A stretch of 63,617 nucleotides of DNA, filler included, from Octopus bimaculoides (taxonomy: Eukaryota), in the NCBI RefSeq assembly GCF_001194135.2. It is 9 parts of 7 records of this genome, joined end to end, with 100 filler letters (N's around TTAATTAATTAA, not from the genome) between each part and the next. Parts side by side here need not be neighbours in the genome. Positions count along the whole stretch, not along the records: positions 1 to 8,998 come from NC_069000.1; positions 9,099 to 11,627 come from NC_069002.1; positions 11,728 to 17,389 come from NC_069000.1; 6 more parts are not named here. One strand, written 5' to 3'. The position numbers were made by a program, and so were the translations under genes. The notes under the pieces were generated by a model. That model was not told the origin of the DNA. It ran no database searches and saw only the letters and a list, made by a program, of their open reading frames with translations. Shown here in pieces: positions 1 to 12,659 of this stretch. Positions within the stretch are counted from its first letter, which is position 1, and each line of letters starts with the position of its first letter.

Positions 1-148
1 ATACTCAAATACCCAAAATTTCAAGGAGTTCCTGCCTTAAAAACAGGAGCTAACCACAGTTATTTTGTGTTCTTTGCTACATTGGTTTCTATTAACCCAT
101 TTATTCTATCAGAAGAATTTTTATTCATTAAGATAGAAGAAATACACA

Positions 149-183
<35 letters not shown>

Positions 184-184
<1 letters not shown>

Positions 185-308
185 AGGTTTCTTCCAGTTT
201 CCGTCTACCAAACCCACTCACAAAGCTTTGGTTGGCCCAAGACTATAGTAGAAGATACTTGCCCAAGGTACCATGCAATGGGACTGAACCTGGAACAATG
301 TGGTTGGG
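184..308 (-). mobile_element. tRNA-derived SINE, family A (partial)
   Basis: Minus strand has a B-box-like GGTTCAGTCCC (plus gggactgaacc, 280-290). The body 'cagtttccgtctaccaaacccactcacaaagctttggttggccc...acttgcccaagg' recurs at about 21770-21850, 37975-38125 and 57640-57735. Confidence 0.8.
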
Positions 309-324
309 GTTGGGCTTTGTGGGC

Positions 325-470
325 ATGTTGGTGACTGATCAGGCCAAGTTGTGCCCAGAAGATTCACTGCCAGTGTGGACAGGGAATGGTCATGGTAGTT
401 GAGGATTTGGTGGTGTTGGTTTTCCTGGCCTGCATTGCTCAGTTAAAATTAGTTTTGCTTGATCAGTAAA
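325..470 (-). pseudogene. RTE-clade LINE ORF C-terminus (C2H2-like tail), degraded
   Basis: Minus-strand translation ...ARKTNTTKSSTTMTIPCPHWQ*IFWAQLGLISHQHAH resembles the CPHCxRxFxAxIGLxSHxRxH end of RTE/BovB-type ORFs. Confidence 0.65.
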
Positions 471-1523
471 GATAATTCTAGTTTTCTTTATTTGTATTGA
501 TTTGTGAATATACAATTGTATTGTATAATGCCATGCATGTATATTAATGCAAACAAATAAGCATAATTTCTTCACACTGAAATCAATACTGCATGAAGAA
601 GGTTTCAAAATGGCTGTAATCCTTAGGATGACATATGGTTAAATAAATATATATTCACCTTTCATATCTTCCAGTTTTTATGGCTTATATATAAGACAAT
701 TACAACCTTCTAGCAGTATTTACACACCTAAAAATATTCATAATCCAGAGAACCAAACTATCAGATGAATTACAATGGGATTGCTCACCTTAAGTAATCC
801 TAGTCGCTCCTTACAACTTAATGTGGTCAAACTGAACTTGGACTATAACTGAGTGGTGATATGATACCTGCCTGGATAATTTATCCCTATATACTCTTCC
901 TATGTGTGTGTATGTGTGTGTGTGCATATATGTATAATATAAATAATATATATATGGGTATATATATATATTATTTATATTATTATTTAATTGAATGCCA
1001 ATCATCCATTTCCAAGTAATTATATATATATATANNNNNNNNNNNNNNNNNNNNNNNNNNNNNNNNNNNNNNNNNNNNNNNNNNNNNNNNNNNNNNNNNN
1101 NNNNNNNNNNNNNNNNNNNNNNNNNNNNNNNNNNNNNNNNNNNNNNNNNNNNNNNNNNNNNNNNNNNNNNNNNNNNNNNNNNNNNNNNNNNNNNNNNNNN
1201 NNNNNNNNNNNNNNNNNNNNNNNNNNNNNNNNNNNNNNNNNNNNNNNNNNNNNNNNNNNNNNNNNNNNNNNNNNNNNNNNNNNNNNNNNNNNNNNNNNNN
1301 NNNNNNNNNNNNNNNNNNNNNNNNNNNNNNNNNNNNNNNNNNNNNNNNNNNNNNNNNNNNNNNNNNNNNNNNNNNNNNNNNNNNNNNNNNNNNNNNNNNN
1401 NNNNNNNNNNNNNNNNNNNNNNNNNNNNNNNNNNNNNNNNNNNNNNNNNNNNNNNNNNNNNNNNNNNNNNNNNNNNNNNNNNNNNNNNNNNNNNNNNNNN
1501 NNNNNNNNNNNNNNNNNNNNNNN

Positions 1524-1748
1524 GGTTTCAAGCTATTTTAGCAAAATAAAAAATATTTTGCCAGGTCAGCTATCTTCAGCGGAATACCTAGATAGAACAT
1601 ATAAACACGAGTCACTACATAGGAAACATGACTTATGCTTATATGTTTCCTATGTAGTGACTCGTGTTTATATGTTCTATCTAGGTATTCCGCTGAAGAT
1701 AGCTGATCTGGCAAAATATTTTTTATTTTGCTAAAATAGCTTGAAACC
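1524..1748. repeat. Foldback palindrome, 106-bp arms (1524-1629 / 1643-1748), 13-nt loop
   Basis: Arms are reverse complements with one mismatch (ccaggtcag vs ccagatcag). The left arm is cut by an N gap. Confidence 0.95.
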
Positions 1749-1759
1749 ATGGTACGGAA
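1688..1759 (+). ncRNA. Type I hammerhead ribozyme
   Basis: Helix I TTCCG (1688-92) / CGGAA (1755-59); core CTGAAGA (1693-99); long imperfect helix II 1701-1741; GAAA (1743-46); palindromic helix III ACCATGGT (1746-53); H17=A1754. The 10.1-11.1 pair is U·U. Confidence 0.8.
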
Positions 1760-1959
1760 AATAGATTGGTAAATATTTTTATTTTTCATTCCCTTTCGAA
1801 ATTATCCCTATTTTTGTGGTATAGAGTTTTTTGCTGCTCTTTCTAGCGGGTTAGATGTCCTATTATAGGCATCTCTGTATTTTAAAAGAAGTATATATAC
1901 ATGTATATATATATATATATCTGTCGTTTATTTTTTCTTCACCTCTTCCACATCTGCAA

Positions 1960-2345
1960 ATTCCGTAGTGCCAGCTTTCATCACTGGTGATGACCTTCAA
2001 AAAAAAGGTCCAGATCAACTTCCAACTGTTTTTTCAGTTCATAACATGACTGCTTTTGATCTTCCATGAGCAAGTGAGGCACAAATTTTGCTGTAACTCC
2101 TTTCATTCACAATTCCTCACTCAGAATTCATTGACAGGAGCTCCAGGATACACCAGTCATATCAACAAGTTTGTCAGTTGTTCAGTGATAGTCCTCCAGG
2201 ATCGGTTCATGAATTTTCATGATGTTTTCATTCATTCAGGAGGTCGACAGTCACCCTGAATGAGATTAGTTTTTAAGCGACAAGTGACCATTCCTAAAGC
2301 TTGGAAACCACTTGTAAACTTGTGTTTTGCTCATGTATTGACCCC
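1960..2345 (-). pseudogene. mariner transposase fragment
   Basis: Minus translation MSKTQVYKWF...GVSWSSCQ*ILSEEL*MKGVTAKFVPHLL...KVITSDESW covers the HTH region, the (W/F)VP linker and the first catalytic D; contains stops. Confidence 0.85.
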
Positions 2346-2863
2346 CAGAATATTTTTATTTTTAAAATTCTAAGATTTTTCAATTCTATTTCGCTATTAT
2401 CAGCATTTGCTATTTCATTAAATTATGTTACCCAAAATCTCAAAAGAATATTTTTCTCCCTCATGTTCTATCCTAACTCTGACCCCCTCATTCTCTGTCT
2501 CACTCTGTCTCTCTCTTTCGGTAACCACTTGCTTCGCCAACACTTTCCCCTCCTCCACCACCCCACTCTATATAAACTAGCACACACACTCAGATTTCCC
2601 TACTCCATTTTAATAACTCCGCCGAAAGAATACTAATCCAGAAGATGCTCTTGTCTAANNNNNNNNNNNNNNNNNNNNNNNNNNNNNNNNNNNNNNNNNN
2701 NNNNNNNNNNNNNNNNNNNNNNNNNNNNNNNNNNNNNNNNNNNGTGTAGTGTATGCAGGTTGAAGGCTATTGTTTGTTTATGAATTCTGCCAAGTGCAAA
2801 CTTTCTTTTCAGGTACATGATGCTGCTGTCCCCCATCCCAGGGTCTCACGGGCCCACACCTCC

Positions 2864-3118
2864 CACACCCTCAAAGTTGGCACACTCAACGTGGGCACAC
2901 TGAAAGGTAAGTCTGTTGAGATTGTTGAGATGCTTGAACGGAGACGTGTAGATTTGTGCTGCCTCCAAGAAGTAAGATGGAGAGGAGGTTCCACTAGGTT
3001 CCTCACAGGCAAAGAACACAGGTATAAGATTTTCTGTGCAGGGAACACTGACGGGGTCGGGAGCGTGGGTATACTTCTTGTGGAGAAATGGGTTGATAAG
3101 GTAATTGAGGTAGTCAGC
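2864..3118 (+). pseudogene. RTE-clade LINE apurinic endonuclease N-terminus
   Basis: HTLKVGTLNVGTLKGK...VDLCCLQEVRWRG...GVGSVGILLVEKW contains the APE motifs (TLNV, LQE, GVG). It ends abruptly in a CAC/CAT microsatellite. Confidence 0.9.
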
Positions 3119-3255
3119 ATCACCACCACTACCATCTCCACCACCATCATCATCATCATCATCACTATCATTATCACCATCACCACTACCAAAACAGTGA
3201 CCAGCTATAAAGCCACCATTGCCACTGCCATTTATTCATCATCATTATAGTTATC
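3119..3255. repeat. (CAC/CAT)n microsatellite
   Basis: Direct reading of the sequence. Confidence 0.9.
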
Positions 3256-3739
3256 ATCAAGCTAAGTAAAATCACGGCCATCCATACATACAAGAATGTC
3301 CTCTACGTTTGTCATATTCTTGTGAGCTCGTGGGTGCTGGTACTACATAAAAAGTACTCTGTAAAGAGTACCGGATGCTTTTAAAGACTGAATTTTATAT
3401 ATAAAAAAAAAATGCTGATTGTTTGTCAGAATTCGAATCTCAGTTGCTGAAGATATCGGAATCTGTAAAAAAAACAAAAAAACAAAAAGAGATGAGAAAA
3501 AAGTGTTAAGGTGTGGGGTGCTTATTTCCTCCAAAAATATAACTGAAAGGGTTTTTATCCTATTTGGCATCACTTATATTTTTCTGTTTTTCAACTATAA
3601 TACTATTAAAATTAGAAATATATAATTTATTACTGAAGTATAATCTTACTTTGTGTTGGTTCACTTCACATGATCATTGCTTTGTTTACTTGAGTAACTA
3701 TAATTCCCCATGTATAAATAAAAAGATGTTTTCAAAACC

Positions 3740-5365
3740 TTTGATGCTACTGACAGCAATAAAAGAAATCAAACTTGATTCAGTAGTGGGTCCTGATAGG
3801 TTCCCTGCCAGAGTGCAGGCAACAACTTGCAGCTCCTCTTGCAAATCTCTGGAGGAAATCACTGGATGCCAGTTTTATCCCTCAAAACCTTCTCTCCCAG
3901 TCAATCATTCCTATCTTTAAAAAAGGGAATAAATCACTCCCAGTAAACTACCGTCCAATCTCACTCACCTCTCATATCAAAATATTTGAGAGAGTGTTGA
4001 GATCAAGAATAACTGCCTTCCTAGAGCAAAATCATCTTCTAAATTGCAAGCTTTCATGGTGGAGGTGACTGTCTAAAACAGCTCCTCCACCACTTTGATG
4101 ACATCTTAAATGCACTAAGTGAGGGCTCCAATGCCGATGTCATATACCTTGATTTCAGCAAGGACTTTGACAGAGTCGACCACAATATACTGTTAAAGAC
4201 ACTATCCAATGGTGGAGTTGGTGAAAAGCTATTTCAATGGATCAAATATTTCCTAACAAACAGAACCCAGCATATTGTGGTTGATGGCATCCACTCAAGA
4301 CCAGCAAGAGTCATCAGCGGAGTTCCACTGGGTTCTATACTGGATTCACTTCCTTTTATTGTCTTGCAGATTCCATCGAACACAGCACCATTAAAATCTT
4401 TGCAGATGACTCTAAGCTCCAGAAAGTCATTAAGGGAGTACATGATCAAACAATGCTTCAATTGGACCTATGTGCAGTAACCCAGTGGGCACAAAAAAAA
4501 TAACATGCAGCTGAACGAAGAAAAATTTGCGCTCATCCACTTTGGAAAAGAGGGCATACTCAAACAACCATATACACAACTGTCAGGAGACCTACTTGAA
4601 CCATCGGATAATATCAGAACCTTTGGCATAACTGTCGACAGCAACCTTAGCTAGAGTGCACACATCAACAAAAAAGTCGAAGCTGCCCGCAGAATGTGCT
4701 CATGGATCCTCAGAACTTTTCAATCTAGGGATCATAAAACCATCATCCTTCTCTTCTCCACATTCACTAGGCCCCACCTTGAATACTGTTGCCCATTGTG
4801 GTCCCCCTACAAAAAACAAGACATAATGAGGATTAAAGCACCACAAAGATCAATCATGAAAAAAATAAATGGCATTACAGGACTTGATTATTTGGCTCGA
4901 CTTAAACAGCTGAAACTCTATTCTGTGCAATGCTGCCATGAACAAAACATTATTTGCACCATGTAGAAAATATTCTACCAATATTATCCAAATGATATCG
5001 GTTTTATATTTACAGTTCACCCAAGACTAGGCCTCTGTACAATGCATCCCCTACAAAGGTCGAGATCACATCACATAAGAACATTGCGACACAGTTTCTT
5101 CATTGCAAATAGTCCTGCTCTTTTCAATGTTATCCTGAAAGAAATTAAAGTAGAAAAAGACCCCACAACTTTCAAACAGTACCTGGACAAATTTGTCCAG
5201 AAAATACCGGATTAACCACCTACACCTGGATACGTCTCAGCCAACAACTCTCTGCTTGAGTGGTCCATGGTGTCCTGAAATAATTAATTAGAAGACTTTT
5301 CCAGGTGGTGCTATTGAATTAGTCGTGGCCTGGGCCGATGATGGCTGAAACCAATCTAAGTTACC
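3740..5365 (+). mobile_element. CR1-type LINE, 5'-truncated RT plus 3' UTR, degraded
   Basis: Across frameshifts: GPDRFPA, PIFKKG..NYRPISLTS, DVIYLDFSKDFDRVDH, SGVPLGSIL, IFADDSKL, RPHLEYCCPLWSP, FKQYLDKF. A GC stem-like tail ggcctgggcc...ggctgaaacc lies near 5327-5350. Confidence 0.92.
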
Positions 5366-7149
5366 AGCAATGATTTAAATGAAGATGATGATGCAGGAGA
5401 GAATAGACAGTATCATGTCTAACCNNNNNNNNNNNNNNNNNNNNNNNNNNNNNNNNNNNNNNNNNNNNNNNNNNNNNNNNNNNNNNNNNNNNNNNNNNNN
5501 NNNNNNNNNNNNNNNNNNNNNNNNNNNNNNNNNNNNNNNNNNNNNNNNNNNNNNNNNNNNNNNNNNNNNNNNNNNNNNNNNNNNNAGTGCAGAGAGAAGA
5601 AATCAAAATTCTGAAAATTTGTTTGATAGATAATTAAAATGTGGATTCAATAGCTGGAAAAATCCTCAATGAATTATTATTATTATTATTACTTATTTTT
5701 TTTGTAAAAAATAATACATTTTTTGTAGCGAATATTCAAAACTGAAAGTTTGCGCATGGGGTTTAAGTGAACAAGCTTAAAAACATCAGGGATATTGGTG
5801 TGGATGATGGGCGTGGTAGGAAGGGGAGTTTGAAATTTTAGAAAAAAGTATTTTTCAGATCTGTATCTATGTGGAATCACTACGATTTTTTTTTTTTTTC
5901 TGGTTCAATAAATTTGACTGAAAATTCCTTGAGGCGGTGCCCAGCATAATTGCTGTCTAATGACTGAGACAAATAAAATAAAATTCTGGGGTTGATACAG
6001 TAGACTAAAAATTCCAAAATAAATAAATGTGGCTTAATAAGGTATGGTAAGAGAATGAGATGCAGGGCCAAGCATAAAAAGAGTGGCAAGGTTTTATATA
6101 AAAACCAGATGAAGTACAAAAGAAGTTAAGAAATAGGAATAAAACAAAAAAAAAGAAAGAAAGGAAAGTCATATAAAGTTTACAAACTCCGCAGGACTAT
6201 GGTAAAAATATATATTGGTGGCAGAGCCTGTTAATACCAAGAGATAATATCTATCCCCACTTAAATATGGATGTTCTGTTAGAACAAACTATACTGTGGT
6301 AGATACCATGAGAGAAACTCTCATATTGACTTTTGGTGCAAAATGCTCTCTTGTTTATATTGCTAGAGGGAAAATAAATCTCTACCACCTCCAGATCATA
6401 TAATTTCAACCTTCCTTGGTCTTGTCAATGATGGACACGTGACTGCTAGAGATAGCAGCAACTCATCTCCGCAACCAGTGAGGTGATTATTGGATAGCCT
6501 GCTGGATGAAAAACAAGACTTGTTAAAGGGATGAAATTATAAGAGTTGACAACCATCCAACCATCAGTCTTGTGGCATATTTGTACCAACTGTTGCTATG
6601 AGCAGAACAAAAAGGTGTGAATGGTCCCACACAAGCCATTATCATTTTAACTCATAAACTGTGATAGGCCACCTCAGTGGCCAACGCGACAGTGCGACAG
6701 GCCACGTATGTGGTCATGGAAGTAGGGCATGATCTGACCTAATTTTGATGACGTATAATGTATGCATACGATACCCTTTCACCCCAGAAACAGTGTAGTC
6801 AATCACAGAAGGTGTTAAGAAACACTGAGTATTTTTTTCGAGTGATAGATCGATGTTGACCTTTACCCAAAATAGGCTCAGCAGTTCGTGTTACATACAG
6901 CAAAATCCCAGCAGTTTATGGGTTAAAGAAGTCAAGGGATTTGCTTTCTACACTTTTTATCAAGATAATCTTGAAAAAGTAAAAGAAAATTAAGAAAATT
7001 TTTTTAATTTTTTGGCCCTCATGCATCAACTATGACAAGTGCCCATCATATATGTCTAATCATCTAAGAATCCATGAGCCAGACAAAATGGGCACTTGTG
7101 TATTTGTCAAGAAAGTGACTATATTAATTATCTGTATAATACAGCCACT

Positions 7150-7960
7150 TCTACCAATCAGTTTTGCATATGAGAGTTTGGAGAAACCAATCTCAGCACT
7201 CATCAGAAGAGAACAGTATAGAGGGAAGTGTGCACTTGTAAGAAATATTTAAGGAAATAGACAGGATCTGTAATAGATCTTAAGTTTGTGGATCACATAG
7301 CAATTACTACAAATACATCTAAAGGTATTAGAGGGATAAGTAGACCAAATAAATATGGCAAAAATGTGAGGTTAAACATGCACAGAGGCAAAACTAAGTA
7401 TATGACAAACTGCAGCACATGTGAAAAGATGAGTATAGGAAACACAATAATGGAGAAAATAGATAATTACAAACAGCTAAGTCAAATAGTTACATCAGAT
7501 ACAAAAGAAGAGTTGAAAATAATTGCAGGATAACATTCTTTAAGAAGGTACAGTGGAAATAATACATGACAAAAAATTACCACTCTCAATTAAAAAGGAG
7601 AGTTTTCGGCTAATGTGTCTTACTAAAGGCAGTATATAGGAGCAGAACATGGAAGGTGAATAAAAGGATGAAAAGAAATTAAGATAAAGCAATATACCAT
7701 GGAAAGAAGAATGTTGAATATTATGTTGAATGACAGAATTAGATGCGTGGTGATAAGCAAGACAGGAGTTATAGATATACTTCAAGAATGAGTGAAAACA
7801 AAGTGAAGGCAGGCAGGTAATTTAGACAGAATAGAGAAGAATAACTGGATGAAAAGAACCACATAATTGATTCCATGAAAGGGATTGAGAAGGTGGGGAT
7901 AGACAAGAAAAGAAATGGAAGAATGATATCTAAGAATTCATGAAGGTGATGTGGGGAAAT
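7150..7960 (+). pseudogene. RTE-type LINE RT C-terminal half, heavily degraded
   Basis: LKFVDHIAI (FADD-like), LNMHRGKTKYM, LPLSIKRRVF, and the LNDRIR...NWMKRTT...W tail pattern typical of RTE elements. Confidence 0.7.
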
Positions 7961-8665
7961 ACAAAACTGGGTTTAATTAGAATGGCAATGAATATGTAGC
8001 TGGTCTTTGCCTCAATTTGATTTTTATCCAATTAAGAACATTTTCATGAACAAAAACAGGATCTTTCAAATTGAATGCTGAGGTCAACATTAAACTAACA
8101 AATCAAAAGCTGTTGATTGCAAATCAGTCAAGCTTTAAATAAACTAAGTCAAATAGAGCAGAAGAAGACCAGTGTTGAAAACAGAGTGGACAGGGGAATG
8201 AAAGACAGATACAGTAACATGTTAAGTGAGGTGTTTAATATCAGCTGTTGCTTGATAACTGAATTTGCCAACATTAACAATCTGCCACACAAATGACCAA
8301 AACTAAAAAATTAAAATATGGCAGAGGACAGATGCATTCTGTCTTTCTCTCTCCTTCTCTATCATTTTTTCTCATCTTCACATAACTATAGAACCTGTCC
8401 ACAACTAAATCATTGCATGAAAAATCAAAGAACTTTCTTACACAACTCTGTAGTTTCTCATTGGATGGGCATATTCAGTACAACTTTTAACAATATACAC
8501 ATGATAAATCAAAAACAAGGATTTCTCTCATTCATTCATGTAACCTTTCATTCACCTCATTATTAATGTGCTAATACACACACATACATTCATTCAGTAC
8601 CACATCATATGAGCATGTTATAAATTGCTAGTGTATCTCTCTCTCACGCTCTCTCTTTATATATA

Positions 8666-8890
8666 TCTATATATAAAACTGAGAATGTGTGTCTGTTTGA
8701 CTCTGTGCATCACTAAAACTTGAGAGCAACCCAACCGATTTCATTCAAACTTTACACATGCCTTACTTAGGGTCCATGCAGTGTCATGGGCCAAAAAAAT
8801 TTTCAACTTTTTGCCTAATGTGAGCCCGGAGCAATCTCTTATCTCTTACTATTTCAGTATTATGTGTCAAAAGCGAAACAATATCATCTC
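8666..8890 (+). mobile_element. Non-autonomous Helitron-like 5' end
   Basis: Starts TCTATATATAAAA, then gtgtgtctgtttg and caaccgatttcattcaaacttt, as in metazoan non-autonomous Helitron 5' termini. Confidence 0.6.
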
Positions 8891-9042
8891 TGTTATAATG
8901 TGAGATACTTTCAGTTTAATACTTTTACTATTAATACTGGAACTATTATTTCACATACACACACACATATATATATATATTATGTATGTATATATATANN
9001 NNNNNNNNNNNNNNNNNNNNNNNNNNNNNNNNNNNNNNNNNN

Positions 9043-9054
9043 TTAATTAATTAA
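9043..9054. other. Assembly spacer TTAATTAATTAA inside a 100-bp gap (44N+12+44N); also at 11672, 17434, 20686, 47663, 57351, 60173, 61604
   Basis: Identical 12-mer with stops in all six frames, always set between N runs. Confidence 0.95.
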
Positions 9055-9098
9055 NNNNNNNNNNNNNNNNNNNNNNNNNNNNNNNNNNNNNNNNNNNN

Positions 9099-9475
9099 CT
9101 ACAACCGAAATCACCACCACTGCCACCACTAAATTCACAAACGCCGCCGCAGCCGCCGCCACCACCACCACCACCACTCCAACCCCTCCATTGACACAAT
9201 CAGCACCACCACCACCACCACCACCACTACCACCACCACCACCATCACCAACAATAACACAACCATCACAACTCCAAGCAGCATTAACTCAATCACCATC
9301 ACTATCACCATCACCATCACTATCACCATCACCACCACCACCACTATTAGCTCTGACGCAACTGACATCACCTACTGCAATCACTAACTCCCCAACCAGC
9401 ACTACCACTGGCACCCTCACCACTACCGCAATTATTACAACAACCACCACCACCACCACTATCAGAGTTTATTGA
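9099..9475. repeat. (CAC/CAT/CCG)n compound microsatellite
   Basis: Direct reading; it explains the Pro/Ser/Thr-rich and Val-rich ORFs in the track. Confidence 0.9.
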
Positions 9476-10078
9476 CCCGGGACTATTAAGCCAATGTGAT
9501 GAAAAATGGAGTGGGCCCAAAGTGCCGACACTGCAATGATGAGATTGAAACCGAGTCTCTGGATATAAAGTTTTAACACCTATAGAGCAGAAATCAAGGT
9601 ATGACAGAGTTGGCCAATATCTACACTGATTAATTATGTCGGTATCATAAAATCAAAACTGCTGATAAATGGCATAAGCACCACCCTGAGGCTGTAACGA
9701 GAAAATGTAACGATTCTTGGGGACTTTAGAGAAAGTACAGACCGGACCATCAAAGCTAAAGCTAATAAACCGGATATTATTGCGAAAGACCAATAAAATC
9801 TGTTTATTGATTGACATGAGCATACCATGTGATCATAATATCTCAGCAAAAGAATTTGATAAGCTCAGAAAATATAAAGATTTGCTAATCGAGATCGAAA
9901 AGATGTGGCATCTCAAGATGGTTACAATACCAGTGATTGGAGGAGCTCTTGGAATAATCCAAAAAGGAACTGGAAAGTATTTGCGGATGATTCCCTGCTT
10001 ACCAACCATGCAGGAAGTCCAAAAGATTGTCCTAACTAGTAACTGGTCACACGTGCTGAGTAGAGAGCATCATCGCTG
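9476..10078 (+). pseudogene. R4/Dong-like non-LTR retrotransposon C-terminus (zinc knuckle plus restriction-like endonuclease)
   Basis: CRHCNDEIET...; KANKPDII; CLLIDMSIPCDHNISAKEFDKLRKYKDLLIEIEKMW..VTIPVIGGALG gives the PD..D and K..KY RLE motifs. Confidence 0.85.
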
Positions 10079-10699
10079 AGAATTTTCTTTCCTTTCTTTT
10101 TCTTTATCTTCTTTTTTATTTTATTTTTCTATTTATTTCTCTTTCCTTTCTTATCTTTTTCTCTCAAATAACTTGACTTTATAAATGAACAATCTAGTGT
10201 GTTTATTCTGATGGCCTACCAATGTATACAGTGAGTTTATTTGCCCTAGGTGTCGGGAAGACATTCGGCAAAAAAAAAATGGAAACAAAATTGAAAAAAG
10301 AAAAAAAAAAGTAGAAATAATATTAACAATATACAATGCATTAATGACGATGATAACGAAGGTCGCGATGATGAGGATAAGCACGATGATGGTAATGACT
10401 ACGGTGATCGTTGGGGGTAGCGTTAAAACCCACCCTCCGATGTCAAATTGTTAAGGATCAATCTGGTCAGCCCCCGTATATTGTCCACCATTCAAATGTC
10501 AAAATAAATACGGCGTTTCCCCTTCTTCTTTCTTTCTTTCTTTCTTTCTTTCTCTCTCTTTTACCTCTCGCTTTCTCCCCCCCTCCTTCCTCCCCCTCCC
10601 TCAGGTGAATGTACATATGGTTTGCATTGTTTAATTCCTGTGTCAATTTGTCCATCTCTACTCCATACATGCGTGCATACGCTTATGTGTCAATGTGTT

Positions 10700-11016
10700 T
10701 CAATCCGCTCACACACACACACACACACGTACACGTAAGAGAATATGTGAAGGCCAGAGAGAGGGAGACGGAGAGAGGGAGTGAGAGGAGAGAGAGAGAT
10801 AGATAGAGAGAGAGAGAGAGAGAAAGAGTACGTTTGTATATGCATCTGCATGTGTGATTGTAATAAGCATCTGTGTGTGTGTCTATATGTGAGTATATAA
10901 ATATACATGCATGTGTTTGCGTATACGTCGCTACATTGCTACGTATGTGTGTGTTTGTATGTGTGTGTGTGTGAGTGTGTGTGTGTGTGTGTTTGTCTCG
11001 TATCCATATATCTATC

Positions 11017-11073
<57 letters not shown>

Positions 11074-11210
11074 TATAAGTTAGTTAAATATATAATAGGT
11101 GCGTATATGTATACATGTATGTATGTATGTTTGTGTGGATGCATGCAAACATGTATGCATGTATGTAAGTATGTATGTATGTATGTATGTATGTATGTAT
11201 GTATGTCGTC
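10700..11210. repeat. Compound (CA)/(GA)/(TA)/(ATGT)n microsatellites
   Basis: Direct reading. Confidence 0.9.
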
Positions 11211-11591
11211 TAGTGTTTCAGTCCTATTGCCTTCCTGTTCCTTTTGAATCGTCCGGATAATGAAAGAAGTCAACCTGGTGGGTGGAGCGGTAGAAGCAGT
11301 GTCAAATATTGGCACAACGGTGGCACAGTATTCGGACAATGGTGGCACAATAGTGGGACAGAGGAAGGACAATAGTGTGGTAGGGTTTCACAATGGCTCG
11401 ACACCGTTCCTAGAATGGTGTGGCGCGAAAGGCAATCATGTAAGGTGTGTAGGGCTACATAAGGTTTTGAAGTGATTGCGTGTGTGTATACGTACATACA
11501 TGCATAGGCACATACTAACAAACATGCGTACACATATCCATCCATATGTAGATACACACACATGTATATATGCATATATATACACACACAC

Positions 11592-11627
<36 letters not shown>

Positions 11628-12659
11628 NNNNNNNNNNNNNNNNNNNNNNNNNNNNNNNNNNNNNNNNNNNNTTAATTAATTAANNNNNNNNNNNNNNNNN
11701 NNNNNNNNNNNNNNNNNNNNNNNNNNNTATATATATATATATGCTCGAGTACATTTGAATATTAGCTATATCATGAACTGTATAAAAAGTTAAACACATT
11801 TCTTAGATACGATGATATTGATTATTCAGCTGCTATATGACCTAAGCAGCAATTATGCTCTGCGTATGATGGATACCTTAATTTACATATTTGATCTTTA
11901 GAAATTTCGTGTTTAAATAAATTTGTACATTATGCACAAAACAGTGTGAATCACAGATACTGAAATAATTTAAATATTAGAATGCGTTACTTATGATAAT
12001 GACCTGTGTTAGAATGTAAATTCTCCTGTTTTTCATGTGCCGTAAAGGCAGGGGGTGAGTCTTTTGAGATACTATTTCACAATTTTCTCATCGCCTCTGA
12101 AAAGACACCCTAAATTTCTCGTGATAACCGGTAGCATAGAGTATTTTGTTGCTATAAAATGTTATTACTGTGGTGAATGCCTAATTTGCATACTTACACT
12201 TTAGACGGTTCGTCATTAATTAAACAATGTGTATTTTTATAAACAGCTCCTTCCTTAAATGCAATAGCATTTTTATTCAATTTTTATGAGAATCAGTCAG
12301 AAAATAAGCTATTACATTAATAGATTGCTTAATTTGCATGTTTATTCTTGAGGTGGCTCAACGTAAAGTAAACAATGTATATTTAATCCCCAAAACGCCA
12401 TGTATCAGAAGTAATGCAATATATTTATTTCAGTTGGATATCTTTTCTTTGAGGAGCAATTAGCAAATCATGAAATGGTCCGTCAGGAAACTTCATGCAC
12501 TCTTTTCACACATCGAAAGCATCCGAGAAATATGTTAGCATTCGTATATAGTTTGTCATAGTTAGACTTCCTAGTAAATACTTCAGTTCTTCAGATTGCC
12601 TCACACACACACAAACACACACGTGTGTGTCTGTGTGTGTGAGTTTAGAGGGATATATT

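Noticed and set aside
790-844. Possible 54-bp minus-strand exon (SKFSLTTLSCKERLGLLK followed by GTGAG)
   Set aside because: Weak acceptor, no partner exons and no recognisable protein; expected by chance.
5327-5352. ccgatgatggctgaaacc as a hammerhead
   Set aside because: Core is CCGAUGA with no helix II or III; better explained as the CR1-type 3' tail.
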